A stretch of DNA of 61,863 bases, filler included, from Choristocarpus tenellus KU-1152 (GCA_964200185.2; 10 parts of 10 records of this genome joined end to end with filler, not necessarily neighbours in it), one strand, 5' to 3'. Counted from the whole stretch's first letter, positions 36,371-50,760 are shown. The notes: generated by a model from the letters alone, not told the origin. A program made the numbers and translations.

Positions 36371-38575
36371 CCTCGGAGGTCATTATGCGCCACAGTGTCC
36401 TGTGAGTGGCTTAAGCAGTATTAAGCCGAGGTTAGCCCACGTACCGTTTTGGCGGGTACCAATCTTGATTTTATTCAAAAGGTTGCCCAACGCGTTAATC
36501 AACGATCAGCATATCAAATGAAACCTCTGGATCTAGGCTATCGATTTAGGTAAATGGATTCTTTCGGAAAATATGTTTAGTCGCAATAATTTATTCCGGA
36601 ATATTTTCAAGGTTGTGCCGAAACATTGGGTTAAGATTTAACCTTACCAAAATCATTTTCCGAAAGAATTCCTCTCCAGAAATCGATTGCTTGATCAAAA
36701 TCTTTCATTCCATATGGTCTCGATTAACTCGTTGGGCAACCTTTTAAAAACAATCAAGACTGATCTCATCCTAGAAGTGATTGCGAACACAATAGAATGT
36801 ATCCATTACCCCAAACAACATTGCCATCATCCCAAAATCCCCAATATGATTGTTTTTTGTTCGAATTTGGGGAAACAATGATCCTCTTTGTTCGTCGAAC
36901 AATTTTGTAGATCGGTATATTCAAGTACAATATATTTCTTATAGAGTTTTTTTTATTTCTGGTTTAGATGGATGTATAGTGTTTGAACGAAAACTGGCTT
37001 TATAGTAGAAATTATCATTGGCTTTTTGCTTGACACACTATATTAATAATATTTATCCAAGAATCATGCCGCTGGATTGGTTCCAATTATTTTGATGGGA
37101 CAGAAAACAAGGAAATTTCCAGATTAATTGGAGACGAAGGGAGTAAGTAAATGTTTGTGTTGAATTTTGTTAGTGTATTGAGGTTATAATTCGAAATAAT
37201 CCAATTACTTCATATTCTATATTTAACATAAAATGGTTAAAATTTAGATCCTCAACTCCTCATTTTCTCTTCTCACGCTTACCTCTACCACTTTTCACCA
37301 TCTGTCAAAGGAGGTTGATATTTCTCATTCCAGAGTGTACCATCCACACTCTACCAGTGAATTCTCCTGTGAAAACTCTAGGTCTATCTACAAGAAAGGA
37401 GCTCGACTAAGGAGGGACACACTGGAGGGGCGGTACTGGTTGGAGTCAAGGTAGATCTGTGGTGCAAGATGTAGCTGTGGATATATCGTTTGAATACCCC
37501 ACTAGGAAATTTTTAATTTTTCCTGCTAGGCGCAGAAATCTAGTTGGTGTTATTGGTTTGGGCTGTTCCTCGTTTACAGACACGGCTTCAACATATCCTC
37601 ATGGGTTGTATTGGAGGTCCTCTCGCGTTCGAGCTGGAATCAGTTGAACAACCTCTCCTTGCCATCCAGGTCTTGAGGACGCTGGAGGTCGACAATGGGT
37701 TGCAACCAACGCTACAATGAGGCAGTTGCATCTGCATATGCTGGATATTCTCGATTTGTCGCGAAACACCCCTTCGCGTTGTTCCTAGTTGGTCTCATAC
37801 TAGCTGGATTGGCTTGTGTAGGGCTGAAGGACGTGGAGACCACGAACGAGGTTCTTGACATTTGGATGTAAGCTGAGTACCGATTTCTCAACACACTGCC
37901 TTCTCCATCATCTTTGACTTAATATTTTGCGTTCCTTTTGTCGATTTACTGGTCATGTGCCGTGATAACACTTGTGCTACGAGCCTCTCCGTCTTTGGAG
38001 TGTTTATAGTTTAGTGATTGTGGAAGTCAATGGATGCAGGCAATATTTGAAATCAACTAATGGATATTGTATGCGTGGAATGAGTAGATCGCCTTCGCTT
38101 TCCAACACATCATGTCGTCCTTAGTCCTTAGAACTCTATGTAGGGACAAAAAAATTGATTATTGTTCGTATAGTTGATGACCAAACCTATGACATGTATA
38201 GCCCCATACCCTCATGCGCCGTGGTCGTGGTGTCCAAGTGTTTCAGTGTTTTCCGTTCTATTTTTTGCCTTCAAGGAACAAGGAAATTAAACACCAAGGA
38301 GTCTTTGTTTGTACATTAGTTCTTTGAATTTAATATTTTCCAGACCTTGAACAATAGCCTTGCAATCGCTTTGGATGCCACAATTCATCATGAAAGTTCA
38401 AACGTAGCATTATCTGTGATCGATAGCACTAGAGTAGTATCCCTGTGCCAGAAGCAACAGTACCACTTATTCTACCACATGCATCGCATCCCTTTATCAT
38501 TATCACCAATATATGTAGCTCCCAAAGTTGACCCTCGTTTATTCTGCATCCTCCTTCATTGTTCTACCTGGGAAG

Positions 38576-41500
38576 GTACCGTGGCACCCGCCTTGATGGT
38601 GAGCGTTCCTACTATGAGCAGTACTTCGGTGGTGATGGACGTGCAGAGAACACTATTGTCTCCATGACGGATGGGACTAATGTGGCGACAGTGCTTGGCT
38701 TAGACTCAACACTCGAGGTTAGTATGCTCATGTGTGTGTTGCCTTGGGAAGCTCGTCCGTGCCTTCTTAACTCATGTCCAAGTAACTTGATGAAAAATTG
38801 TGCCTCTTTAAGTGGGTGCTGTGGCTCTTGCTTTCAATTGTCTTGGTTGAGATCAGGCCAGTATATTGAGGTTGGTGAATTGATGGGCGATGGGTGAATG
38901 ATACAACTTGTGTGTTTGATTGGTTGGATTATGTTAGAGAATAAGGTGAATGTTGGGTATGCCTGGGTGAGAATTTTCAACAGGAACAGCTTTCCTAGGA
39001 TATTTTAATTTTGTTTACTATGTCTTGTCCAACTCATCTCCAATTCATGTCTGAGTGAGAGGTTCATGCCCTGGGTCAGGGGTTACAATGCTCCCCTGAT
39101 ATCCATCTTTCTCATTCCTATTATGCTCTCCTCATATATATTCTGGTTGATGGTGATGCCTGAGTTGTTGGCTTCCATAGTCATTCCCTTCTGAAAATGA
39201 ACTGGGTATTCGATGCTGAAACACAAAGGGACATTGCTTGATAAATCTGTTGGTTGGAGCATTTCTTTTGTGGTGTTCTAAGTAACAATGGGCTGTCCCC
39301 CTACCTAGGTCATGACAACGTCGATGCTCTTGTTATTTTATTGTCGTGGTGACCACTTCTCCTCACTCATGATGATTCCTCATCACCCCTTAAGACTGAC
39401 TTGATATTCCACATATATTACCACGCAATTACACTGCAGTCCACTACTTTGTATATCATGTAAATCTTCATCGCAGTCTGAGGACAGTCCAACGTATTGT
39501 CATAGGCACTAAATGCAGCTCTTCTCATAATATATACTGCAACAGTTACACTACGTTGTCAGAGGCACTAAATGCAGCTCTTCTCATAAATATGTACTGC
39601 AACAGTTACACTACGACTAATCGCGCTGCCTCCATTCATGCCTTGCTTATTATTACGCATTGCATTAAGTCAGTACATGGCCCATCACTCTACTTCCCCC
39701 TTCAAATGTATTGCATGACTGCCACTCGGGACAGAAAAGCCTGGCACCTGATTTTTTGGCGTAACGCATTTTGCAGCAGAGAGAATGGTACAGTGTACAC
39801 AGTCTATAGTGCTTGCCACGTGGATATTCAAAAACACATTTCTATGAAAAAGGAGCCTGGCAACGATGGGGTCTGAACCCTACGCAAGAAACTTTCCCCT
39901 TCTCCACGGAGTCATGTGGCACTATATGCTACTTTACCACACAGCAATACACTCTCCCTTTGATATTTCGTATTTGCAAAGTCATTACTCCAACCTCAAT
40001 TCAATCCTCTACAACCTACGTAAGTAGAAAGTCATTTCTGCTTTTCTTAGTAGACAACTATGCTCTTCCTACTAAGACATCACACAGATGTGTAAATCCT
40101 CCATTGCAATTCCACAATGCCCCCAAACTTCTGCTCGAACATAAATCGGAACATTTTCCTGACTTCACGTTCTTGAATCCACCAAGCTCTTATGGCTGAT
40201 GGAGATTTGGAATCTTGAACATGTTCACAGGATATCTCATTATTGCGATTCTGACGACAGGTCTTCGAGGATCTTCGGATATTTCCAATGATTGGTAGTG
40301 CTCTATGCATCATCAATGACGAAGTGTGTGTTGTCAAGAAATTCGAGTGCATGTATGGGATGATTGTGACTGAGATCTTATCCCAACAGGACCTGTCTCT
40401 ATCACACAGTAAAAGATAAAAGAACAAGAAATATTGATGTAACTAAGTGAGGCAGCCATGAAAATCCCAGGCACTACTTCTTAGGACCCAATAGCTGAGG
40501 TAGACTGTTACCAAAGTTGTCAGCATTGACAAGGTCTTAGGGAAAATAAAGGAGAAAAAAACAGTCTCTTCTCTGATCCATCCGTCTGTGCTCCCCCCAT
40601 CACATGTTGCACAAGAGAATGGGACACAATAGTAGTGATGGATTTCACATGTGACGGGGTACAAGTTACAGCTGTGCTGTGTGAAAGTTAGTATTATGTA
40701 ATCACGGTTTATACTCATATATAGTCCAGACGTCTTGGTTTTAAGATGAGACGGAGGAAATTATTTGGGTATACTATTCAGGGTGAATGCGACAATTGGA
40801 AGACAAAAAGGCAAATGGGGGCAGAGGCTAGTCATGGAACTGTATTTTGGGTCAATATACTTACATGCATGGAACTATTCAAACCAAGTCCATGTTCCCA
40901 GAAATATGCGACACTTTGAGCAGAGTTGAGGAACACTGATATGTGAACAAAGTGGGTGTTGAGGTGGTAACTGTGGTGTTGCACGAGGGAAGACCACCGT
41001 ATACCACAGTATGCTCACCCAGGTAGTGTTCCAGGATGCTATCAGCCATCCAGTCAGTCGACTAGGTAGCCATCAAACAAACTCTATCCAACCTTTACAA
41101 AACTCATCCCAAACCCAATGTGTTCTAGGCTCTTACAGTAACAATGACCAAGAGGCAGTTGTTGATAGGGCAAAATTTCATAAAGGGTGGAGAGGGGGGA
41201 ATGAACCTATTCTTGTTTGATTATTTGGATCCTCCATATCCCTCAATGTTCGACAACCTTTGTTGTACAAAGCTACTGTGAGACAATACGGTATGGGGTA
41301 AGGGATACCATACCTATTTGTTGTACATTGGTTCGCTGTAGAAATCTTTGACATCTTACAGTTCTGGACGGAGTTCTTGTTGTTGTCCACATTTTTCTCT
41401 TGTGTGCTTAAACAGCAGTGGACAACAATAGTCGGAATCTTAGTGTATGCCCAGGGTTTAAGATTCGCCATCTCTCTTTTGGCTTCCGCATATTGAACAC

Positions 41501-41872
41501 ACTTGAATTAGATGGAGTATCTAGCAAGGGATACACAACCTAGAGATGGAAAATATCTTCACCATGATATTAATCCCTTACATATACTGTAACATCCCTT
41601 CCCACTGTTGTCACTCTCCTCCATCCTTGCCCTACCCCACCTCAACTTGCCTCACCTTGCCCCATGCAATACTTGTAGGCTACACAATGGCTTGTGGAAG
41701 GGGGCACCAATGCTGTTACCTACGAACTTGATGATGGCTCAGCTGTGCTAGGGGTAAAGGATGTGTGCATTCGTCCCACAGTCCCAGTAGTATACAGGCC
41801 CTATACTCCAGACCCTGACTCCACCACATTTGCATGGTTTAATGAGGGGGCTTTAATGTCCTATGGCTACAG
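38576..41872 (+). CDS. Two phase-compatible exons (38576-38717, 41679-41872) of an unidentified protein
   Basis: Both have pyrimidine-tract/AG acceptors, GT donors and open frames, and are GC-richer than their flanks. Joined: YRGTRLDGERSYYEQYFGGDGRAENTIVSMTDGTNVATVLGLDSTLE|ATQWLVEGGTNAVTYELDDGSAVLGVKDVCIRPTVPVVYRPYTPDPDSTTFAWFNEGALMSYGY. Confidence 0.6.
39497..39615 (+). repeat. ~59-bp direct tandem duplication
   Basis: TTGTCA(T/G)AGGCACTAAATGCAGCTCTTCTCATAA..TACTGCAACAGTTACACTACG occurs twice. Confidence 0.9.
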
Positions 41873-42249
41873 GTGAGGTGTCTGGTGAGAGGGAGGGAGA
41901 AGGTTTTAGGCAGGAGACAAGTTGGTAGGGCTTAAGGAGAGTCCCGACAGGATGAAGATGTTGTGAAGGATTTGTGATTTCCTCTTCATTCAAGCGAAAT
42001 CAACATTGGGTCCCTCATGTTACCCCCCCCCCTATTGCTTCTTTCCCTGAGTGGAGTAGGAAGGGTTTGGTATTCCCATGTCAATAATTTTATTTAGTGA
42101 GGGGGGGGNNNNNNNNNNNNNNNNNNNNNNNNNNNNNNNNNNNNNNNNNNNNTTAATTAATTAANNNNNNNNNNNNNNNNNNNNNNNNNNNNNNNNNNNN
42201 NNNNNNNNCCAAATGGACGCGGCTCTACCCTCTAAGATAATTTGACTCA

Positions 42250-44000
42250 GGGTCAAAAGAACCCTTGTAGTGGGTGCACTTTCGTGGCTCAGCCGTAGCA
42301 CCCTCCCTAGAGGTCTGCTGGCAATGAGTCTAAACTATACGGGAAAGGTTTGTTGTGTTGGTTTCAGGGACTGTGGGAGCCCCATGCACTTGCCTGTCGT
42401 CCACACTTGCTCTGGTGGTGGGCCAGGGCTAGTGAAGAACTTTCCTTACATTGTTTTGCACCATCCAAGAGGTTGGCCAATTGCATTTGAAAAGAGTCGA
42501 ACCGGACCCTGTTTGGGAGACAGGTGATCTCATGTTGTGCCCTCCTTGTGACCCTGGTATCGTGGGCTGCTATAGTGTGTACCTCCAGGACAGGGGTAGG
42601 GGTTGTTGTTCCTCCCCAGTTTACCTAGCATTGGCCAATAATTCCCGCCGAGTCTCCTGGAGGGACTTGTGATGAGAGGGTTGTGGACGGATGATCTGAG
42701 GGCCTGGATTGTGATGCACGTACAGATGATCTATGTGAAACCATTCCATGGGCCCCTTGTTCCCTTGCTATGAGTGTGGAGAGAGTGGTTATTAATGAAC
42801 CTGCAAAGTCTGCATTCTGGTGATGTTTCATGGAGTATAGGCCCAAGCTCCCCCTGGACTTGTGGGCATATGTACCTATACTTGCTGGTGTATTCCCAGG
42901 TGAATAGATCCATTTTACATTCCTTATCGAAGACATAAGTGACTCAATCTGAGGCTGCTACCTCCATTATCTTCTCTAGAGTCCACAGTGAGGTGTTGTC
43001 AGCTTGTATCATGGTGGAGCATGCTAGGTGGGAGGAGTGACCCTTACCAGATAACCCAAGCGCGAAGAGAGGGATCAGGAGTTGAGGAGCAAGGTAACTT
43101 GTGTACCTCCATCTCACTCAAGTGCGTTGCCTGCATTCGTGAGCCTGAGCTCTCAATCGCCCTAACCATGAGGGCTCGGACCAATTTATCTATCCCTACT
43201 AGGAGTCAAAGTATCTTAGAGGGTAGAGCCGCGTCCATTTGGGAGCCAAAATCCAATGTTGCGATATTGATGTAATTTTGACTATTGTGTTTGCTAGGAA
43301 GTGTCAATATCCTTGTTCCGTACATATGCATGATACTATTTCAAAACGTACATTTTTACCTACTCCGAAACATTTTGGAATAGGAAAATGCACCACAAAA
43401 AAGTCCATGGGAAGCCAAGCCCCATACAGACAAATAAGGTAAAGCTCGTACCATCTAAGATACTTTGACAGTGGAGCCCCTAGTGTGACAAAACTATTTG
43501 GGTCCCGGGCAAGGTTGATTCCTGCCGTGGCTAGGTGTTTCAGTTCCGAGGGCATGGTCCCTGGGGTAGTGCGACAATGGTTTTATTAATGTTCAGGACT
43601 ATCCCTCCCTCGTACAGGTCCGTTTTCAGCTCCTCGAAGGCAGCTATATAGCAGTGGAGTTTATCGCCCTTGTGGAAATGGATGTGTTATACAGGAAACT
43701 TCGCTGGAAACCCCCTGGGGTTCAATGGTAGACTGGACCCGCTGAAGAGCTTTTGCTGTAGCCATGAAGAATAGGATTCAGTCAAGGGGATCCCTTTGTT
43801 GTGCCCCTGACTCTGACAGTATTATCTCAACCCCTCCCTCATCCACGGGGAAACGAAGATCACGGGTTGCCCCCATATACCTTGGACACGTCAGGTTGGA
43901 GTCCTGGTAGGGTCCCAGAGAGAGGCTCGGTGAAGGCCAAGTGGCATGTCCTGTTGATTTTTTTTTCATCTAGGCTAATGGCTCATTCGCCACACTCATT
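42250..44000 (-). mobile_element. Decayed CRE-like non-LTR retrotransposon (RT to restriction-like endonuclease)
   Basis: ILSESGAQQRDPL (like GVQQGDPLGP) and, downstream, AEPRKCTHYKGSFDP, which leads into the RLE C-terminus seen at 57804-58110. Confidence 0.6.
43203..43471 (+). mobile_element. MITE family B inserted in a CRE-like remnant. Further partial B copies at 42209-42248 and 61829-61863
   Basis: GAGTCAAAGTATCTTAGAGGGTAGAGCCGCGTCCATTTGG ... TACCATCTAAGATACTTTG. Confidence 0.88.
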
Positions 44001-46899
44001 CCTTACATAGACATTCTAAATAGGCCCAACGGGATTGGGTTGTGTGTCAGACACGACAGGGGAGAAGAGGAGGGAGAGTGGCAAGACTCCTTGTGTCTTT
44101 GTGTGCAAGGGACCTTGCTATTAAGCTGAAGTCAGGCTGTGGTGTCAAAATCTGAGGCCGGGAAGAGGAAAAGCAACTCCATAGAGTGTAGATTGGTAAG
44201 ATCTGGAATTGGTTTTATACGGTATGTACATGAGAGGGACCCAAAGAACTAGTACTACTGGTGAGTTTTCTATTTTCATTTTTTTATTTCAAATTTGCGT
44301 GAGCGAGCTTGGGTCTACGCGCTAGGGCGAGAGCCAGTGCTAGTAACGAAGAGGCCAGACGGACAGACGGACAGGAACTACTTGATTTATGTGTCTGGGA
44401 GTGTTGTTAGTAACGTGCGTACTTTAGAAGTCGATAGTGTCACGTACACACGGACAGATATAGAAATGATCAACAGGGTACTTACGACACTGAATTGACT
44501 TTTTCACTACTTACACATCTGTAAAATTCCAGATAATATAATAATGTATATAGACATTCAGATCGATAGATAGGATGCACTTGGTTTGACAGGGTGCGTT
44601 GATAGGGACGCAAAGATTGTAAGGGCCCCTGTCTGGGAATTATGTCCTCCGAAAATTTTCAGATGTAAGTGTCAAACGGGACAGGGAAGAACCAGGAGTT
44701 TTTTTGACAAGGATTCAACAGTCGTTGTCATCAATGTTAAGAAACTATTTTACACACAACTACTAATGATACTGGTCTGAACTGTCAAGATCACTACCTT
44801 TGCTGTGCATCTTTATTGTTTTCTGGACTGTTCGTTGTTCCTTGAACTGACCAGAAACGGAAAATACTTCGCGCCATGTGCATACAACTGCGCGCATATT
44901 GTCATCAGAAACTTCGACACTCCTACTACTGTGAGTTACTATCACAACGAGACTAGCGAACGTGAAACAACGCATTGAATCCCGAGGAAAATTCCTTATG
45001 GATGGAGGGGGAAATGCAGAAAGTGCAGGATAAACTGCCTAAAACACGGTCTTGGTCAAATTTGGATTAACGTTCAACAATAGTACACTTTTTGGTCATT
45101 TTGATGTACAACGAAGGGGAACCAATCATCAACAACATAGAACGGTGGTGCACATACATGTGCGCGTGTGTGGTGTGTGGTTGATGGCACCAAGGTTCGT
45201 GAATGTCAGGAAAGTCAGGATAGTTGGCCTGCTGATGTATGTTATGTAAAGAAAGCTATGCAACTACGGCATTTCTCGATTACATCAACCAAGTACTACT
45301 ACTGAACTTGAAAAATAATAGTAGAAACGGGCGCAACAATGAAAATTGTAGTATTCGATACAGAAATTAAAAAAATATAAAACAAGAATTCCTCTACTTC
45401 CAAAACGTTCAATCCTCTTGTGGAAATTATACCAGAGTTCAGACTACGAAAAAGATTTGTGATGGAGTGGCGACTCACTACTTCGTGTTCCATCCAGAAT
45501 ATGGATTGATTTTCTCATTGGTCTATTTTCTGAACGTATCAGATATTAAGTTTGATTTGGTTTGTGGTACATGATGTGCAACACCTCCTCACAGTTGCAT
45601 TTTAAGAAGGATGCAAGCAAATGTACAAAATTCGGCTTTTTGTTTCAATACGAATATGGACTTATTTATTGTCCATTTTTTCAAACATTGGAGAAATCAA
45701 CCCTGTCGAGTCAATCTTACCACCTAATACAGTATACATATAAGGATCAAAGTGGCTTAAGAATGCAAAACTGGAAAATCATGGGAACCTCTCGTTAACT
45801 TTTTCTTTCAGGAGGAAGAAGAACAAGACTTGATACTCGTTCATTTTTTTATCCGAGTCAATGTACATCATGTAGGGTTGGGAGGTAAGGACCACGTGGA
45901 TGACGGAGGACATCCAACATCTACATCATCTCCCAAAAAACCCCGATGATCCCACCTTACACATCTTTAAAAAGTCATAGGGCACAATAATAAAAAAATC
46001 ACAAAACTATATAAAATCATATTAGATTTGCAACTTCATTTTCCCACTTTACATTATTGTTCTGTCTCTCGTTCTTCAAACAAAAAAGTATGCATTTTCA
46101 TCTACCTTTTTAGGGTTAAGGCAGTTTCATGTATAATTTTTGTGTTGTTTCTTATCATCAAACTGCATTTTTCCGTATTATGGTTGAAACCCTCAAACCT
46201 TAAACGAATGTGAAGAAAGCATCAAGTGCGTTTCAATAAAAAATACATACTTCGAACTAAACCCCCCCCTCAATTAAATTACTACTTTTTGTGATGGTAT
46301 TAAAGTGGATGTACGTGCATAAGAGAGGGTATGGAAAAGCGAAACCCGAAAACCCGAAAACCCGAAAACCGAAAAATCTCTCTTATTTATATACCAGGGC
46401 TTTTCTCTTAAACTGAGGGATCGTGATAAGAGAAACCTATGTTTTGCTCATCATAAGAGAGAATTGGCAGGAAAACGGCGAAACCTCCCCGATAGTCTGA
46501 AAAGTCGTGGCAAGGCAATTTACCCTCTCTTATATCCCGTTTTCTCTTATATCGATCTCTCTTATATAATAGGTACAACCACTAGGTACACTATATTTAT
46601 GTAGTTGAATAGGTACTTTTACAAACTATTCATAGGAACATTAAAATTAATAATCAAAGTTAGTTTTCATAGTAGGCCCCCTTGCTTCTAAGTGGACTCT
46701 TCCTGTTGTGTTGTAGCACCTCCAGCCTGAATGAATCCTACTCCTCGTACGGCCATTGAAAATTGATTGCTGCAGAATCAGTACAGTACTTTCCACCCTC
46801 AGTCTGTGTGCCAGATGCAGCCCGTACCTTCAAGGTCCTCACAGATGGTTCCCAATGTCCATCAAACATATTTTGCATTTATGTAACTTCGTGTTCTTT

Positions 46900-47085
46900 A
46901 GCCTGCATGCGGTGCCTGAGAAGGTGTGTCAGTCATCGGCCAGTTCCATGTTGGAATGTAGGCATGTGTCCGTATAGATGACAGAGAGTGCATAGACTGG
47001 TTTGAGGTCAGGCAAAGCTTTCGTCAGGGGCGTGTTGTTGCCCCCATCCTGCTCATCATCATCATCTACTGGAGTGTCAAGTAGC
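46900..47085 (+). mobile_element. RTE-like LINE reverse transcriptase fragment
   Basis: HVGM*ACVRIDDRECIDWFEVRQSFRQGRVVAPILL matches 'GLRQGCVLSPLLFN'. Confidence 0.7.
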
Positions 47086-47115
47086 GTTTGAGGAGTTCAA
47101 CCCTGAGTCAGTAAT

Positions 47116-47291
47116 CGTTCAAAGTATCTGGGGGGGGGGATTCTACCCTAGGGTGTCCACTCGGACCCTGACCAGGAAAAGTGTACTTACATTGTCCATC
47201 CGACGCATGCAACCAAATCACCCAAAAACTGCGACATGGAAAAATAGGCCCCAAATGGACAGCCACCACCCCTCCTCAGATACTTTGAGCC
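47116..47291 (+). mobile_element. MITE family A, full length, TSD AAT
   Basis: TIRs CGTTCAAAGTATCT / AGATACTTTGAGCC. AAT at 47113-47115 and 47292-47294. Confidence 0.9.
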
Positions 47292-50200
47292 AATGTCTTA
47301 AGGATTTTTGAAATAGTCAACGAACTTGCTAGAAATAATGACGTTGGAGGTATGGAACGTTGGTAAAGAGGGGTTGTCCGTTATCATAAAATCCATTGCC
47401 GTACCATCTTCAGTAATATACCCTCTGGGTTTCTTTTCAATAACTTTGGTTCAACAGTGGAGGATCTTCAAAGCGACCGGTTCTCGTAGAGGGCATCTTC
47501 AATAGCCCAGTTCAGAGGGTGGACTCTCTTCAGAGCTATCACTCTCCGAGGGGTCCCTTTGGACCCCCTTGTCAGAATCCTCGATTCTCCTCACATCTTT
47601 TGTGTCTGTTCCTCAGGTAGTCACGTGGTGAACGTGTTCTTTCTCCTCTTTTTTTGTGTCCCTTGCAACAATATTCTCTTCTGTGCTTGATCCCTGTGCC
47701 TCAGGTTGCAACCAACTTATTCCCACTTCGTGTCCAGCATCTGCGCTCCGACAGTAGAGGAGGAAAGCATCAGCTTGGGACGTGCCTGGGCAATTCTCGG
47801 GGGAGGTGCCCTGTGGGAAAAAGGCGAGAACATTCGCCACTAAGCAGCAACAGTGCTTCGGCAGCTTCAGGGGGGAAGACTGGGGAAGGGGACTGTTCTG
47901 TGCTTGGGGGAAAAAGAGGAGGAGAAGCTCAATCAATCAGCAGCCACAGTGCTCCAATACCCTGAGGTGGAAAGGCACAGGGGGGGACTATGCCTGCCTA
48001 TGAAGATGAAATTGACTTATCTAGTTGAACATAAACAGGACTTTGCACAATTTGCCTGAACCACCGTATTGTTTTTTAGTGTCACCAAAATCTACTTGTG
48101 TTCTTCTTATGACTTTGTACGAAATCATATAAATGTGATACTGTATTCTACATGTTTTCTGGGATAGTTGCTAAGAAAAGGACATCTGACAATACATCCA
48201 TACGATACTGTGTACTGTTAAAGTATCCCCAAACTCATCAAAGAGGATAAAGGTGATAAACCCGACGAGATTGCTTGGTGTCTCTGTAGAGTGATTGATT
48301 AAAATTAGGTGGGGCATGCAGCACTCCATAACAACGGTAATATTTCCTTTATATATTAGAAATTTCCCATAAACTAATCAATAAAAAAAAATGATAACTC
48401 AACCACTAATTGATTGTTCCATCACTCCATACATATTTTACCGTAACTTTCCGATAGAGTTGGAAGAGTCTAATCGAACATGTACCTCTAAGGTTTAAAA
48501 TATACTCCATCATTTCACTATGATGCTGTTGATCAACTCGATAGACCGAATATAGGGGACTGGTGATTCTCTATACTATTTATCGATTGTGTGTATTGTT
48601 CCAGAGTTGCTTTTTTTGCGAGTAAACATTCTATAATATCTGTTTTGCGAGGTACGATTTTTTGTAATGGATACTAAGAATTGTAACTTCTTGATATCTT
48701 CACTCAGATTCAAATTCACATTCTCTTTTGTTGAATATATAAAGGCCTGCTTAAGAGCTTTTTCGAGGTCTGTGCGCAACTTTGACCTTCAAATTGACTA
48801 ACAGGGATTTCTAAACCAAAGAAAGCATTGCAAGGCAGGACCACGCCAGAGGCCATGAAAAGAAAAAAATCTACCTTCAGGGTCAACCACTTTCTCAAAA
48901 ATGTTTGGCAAAGTGATAGGACCATAGGTAGAAGAAACGGGGTGGATGTGTGTCTGACGACAGTTACAAACTCCCACCGTTTTGTGTCTAGTGATAGATA
49001 AAAAAAACTAGGATTTTTCTTTGTTCTGAGGACCATTCCAGGTAGTGGTCGAAGTTGCTACACACCACACTACTCTTCTCATACTACAACTATTAATTAT
49101 ACTGTNNNNNNNNNNNNNNNNNNNNNNNNNNNNNNNNNNNNNNNNNNNNTTAATTAATTAANNNNNNNNNNNNNNNNNNNNNNNNNNNNNNNNNNNNNNN
49201 NNNNNGGAGAGGCAGAAAAAAGAGGAGGGGGGGGGGGGGGGGGGGGGGGGAGAAAGAGCCGGTGCATCGGTACACAATGAGCTGGGCGGACTGATTACAT
49301 TTTAGATCGGTTGGGTTATTGTCGCAATCGCTGTAGTGTATGTTTGTCTGTCGATGCACAAGGCAAATCGTGAGATGCAATCGTTTGCTTCTGCAGGCAA
49401 GACGGAGGGAGACATCCTCTATTACTTTTATTTTTTTTAGATCTCGCAATGGGACTGCCAATCGTGATGTGGGCGGAACTTATGCTCTCCAGCTGTGCTG
49501 CCACAAGGGTGTAGAGTCGTGTCTTCAGCGTGCGTCGGTGATTTTTCTTCACCTCACCACCACCACGCCTGGTGGTCGGGTAGAAAAACTCCCTAATGTT
49601 TTTTTTTTGGTATGTAAAAACACGTGTGAAAATAATCTTGGTGCCGTTACGGGTGGACGGTGGAGGACTTCTTTTGCGATTTTTTTTTTCTGCTGAGGTT
49701 GATGACTCGGTTGACTTTTTTTTTCACCCATTTTTTTTTTCCCTATACTGAGGGGGTTTGAATGTTGGACTGGCTCTCTGTCAGAAACGTTTTACTCGGC
49801 CAGATGACCTGGTTTTGGAATGTTGTTTGGGCCAGCTGTTGCTTTATCCCCAACACATAAAAAAATACTACGTAGATAGTATCACTTTTTTTGCAAAATG
49901 AACCCCCTCATCCAATTAAAAAAACAACTCTATAAAATACTGTGTACTAGTAAGTTATCTTTTTTGTAACCTCCCATCCATTCAGAAGAAATTTTTTTAA
50001 AAAAGCTATAGTTTTTTTCTTTTTTTGATCTTTAATAGGTCTTTCTCATAATGATAACTTTAATTTGCCTGCTGGGCGCAGTGAAAAGCCCCAGCTTTTG
50101 CAATCATTCATGGGTTCGCATCAAGCAATTTTTGTGCTGTGTAGAAAGAAAGCTTTATTATTATCATTATTAGTAGTAGTAGTAGTATTAGTGTTGATCT

Positions 50201-50760
50201 GCTCGTTTTGATTTTAGGAAAAATGTGTGCAATTTGTCAATGTTAACACAGGAAGGAGTTTGACAAGAACTCTAGTGTTAATTACACTTCATGCTACACG
50301 CCTATCCACATTGAAAGCCTTGTTCCCAGTTCTTTCTTTCTCAAATCTTTTTTAAGAACTATTTTTAATTTTAGGTAAGGGATACAGGGTCTTAGAAGGC
50401 TGACTCCGTACATTGATGTGAAAGTGAGTATTCACGCCTTCTACCACATTCATTTTTTTCTCTTAGTGTTTGCACTTAGTGTGTGTAGGGAATTAGAAAA
50501 ATAAATGCTGTTTGAACAGTGTTTTTTGCCATGTTGTGAAAATAAAATAAAAAGAAAGCGTACTGTTAAGATAAAGGGGGGTAAAACTTGACTTCAATGG
50601 GGCAGACTATTGGTTGGGTGAGAAAAGTGATGAGAAGTGAAGATAGATGATGTCATGGATGTCCCCACTTGGTATAAACATTTGCCGTGAATGTTTTATG
50701 AACTCCCCTCTCTCTGGATGTGAAGCAGCACACACCCTTCCCCGTGTTCAATGAGACGAG

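Noticed and set aside
37260-37900. Protein-like minus-strand stretch
   Set aside because: Multiple stops and no motif I could assign; left unannotated.
14010-43555. Family of similar short ORFs (e.g. MGSQAPNGQTGQNSYPLRYFH, ...KWTNRAKLVPSKILS) as a small-protein family
   Set aside because: These are chance translations of MITE B copies. Frames, starts and stops are not conserved between copies.
44290-45500. Short ORFs that might be viral genes
   Set aside because: No recognisable motif, no long frame and no splice pattern.
47340-49100. Possible Copia gag/protease and Harbinger transposase remnants
   Set aside because: Only faint, frameshifted resemblances; not supportable without a search.
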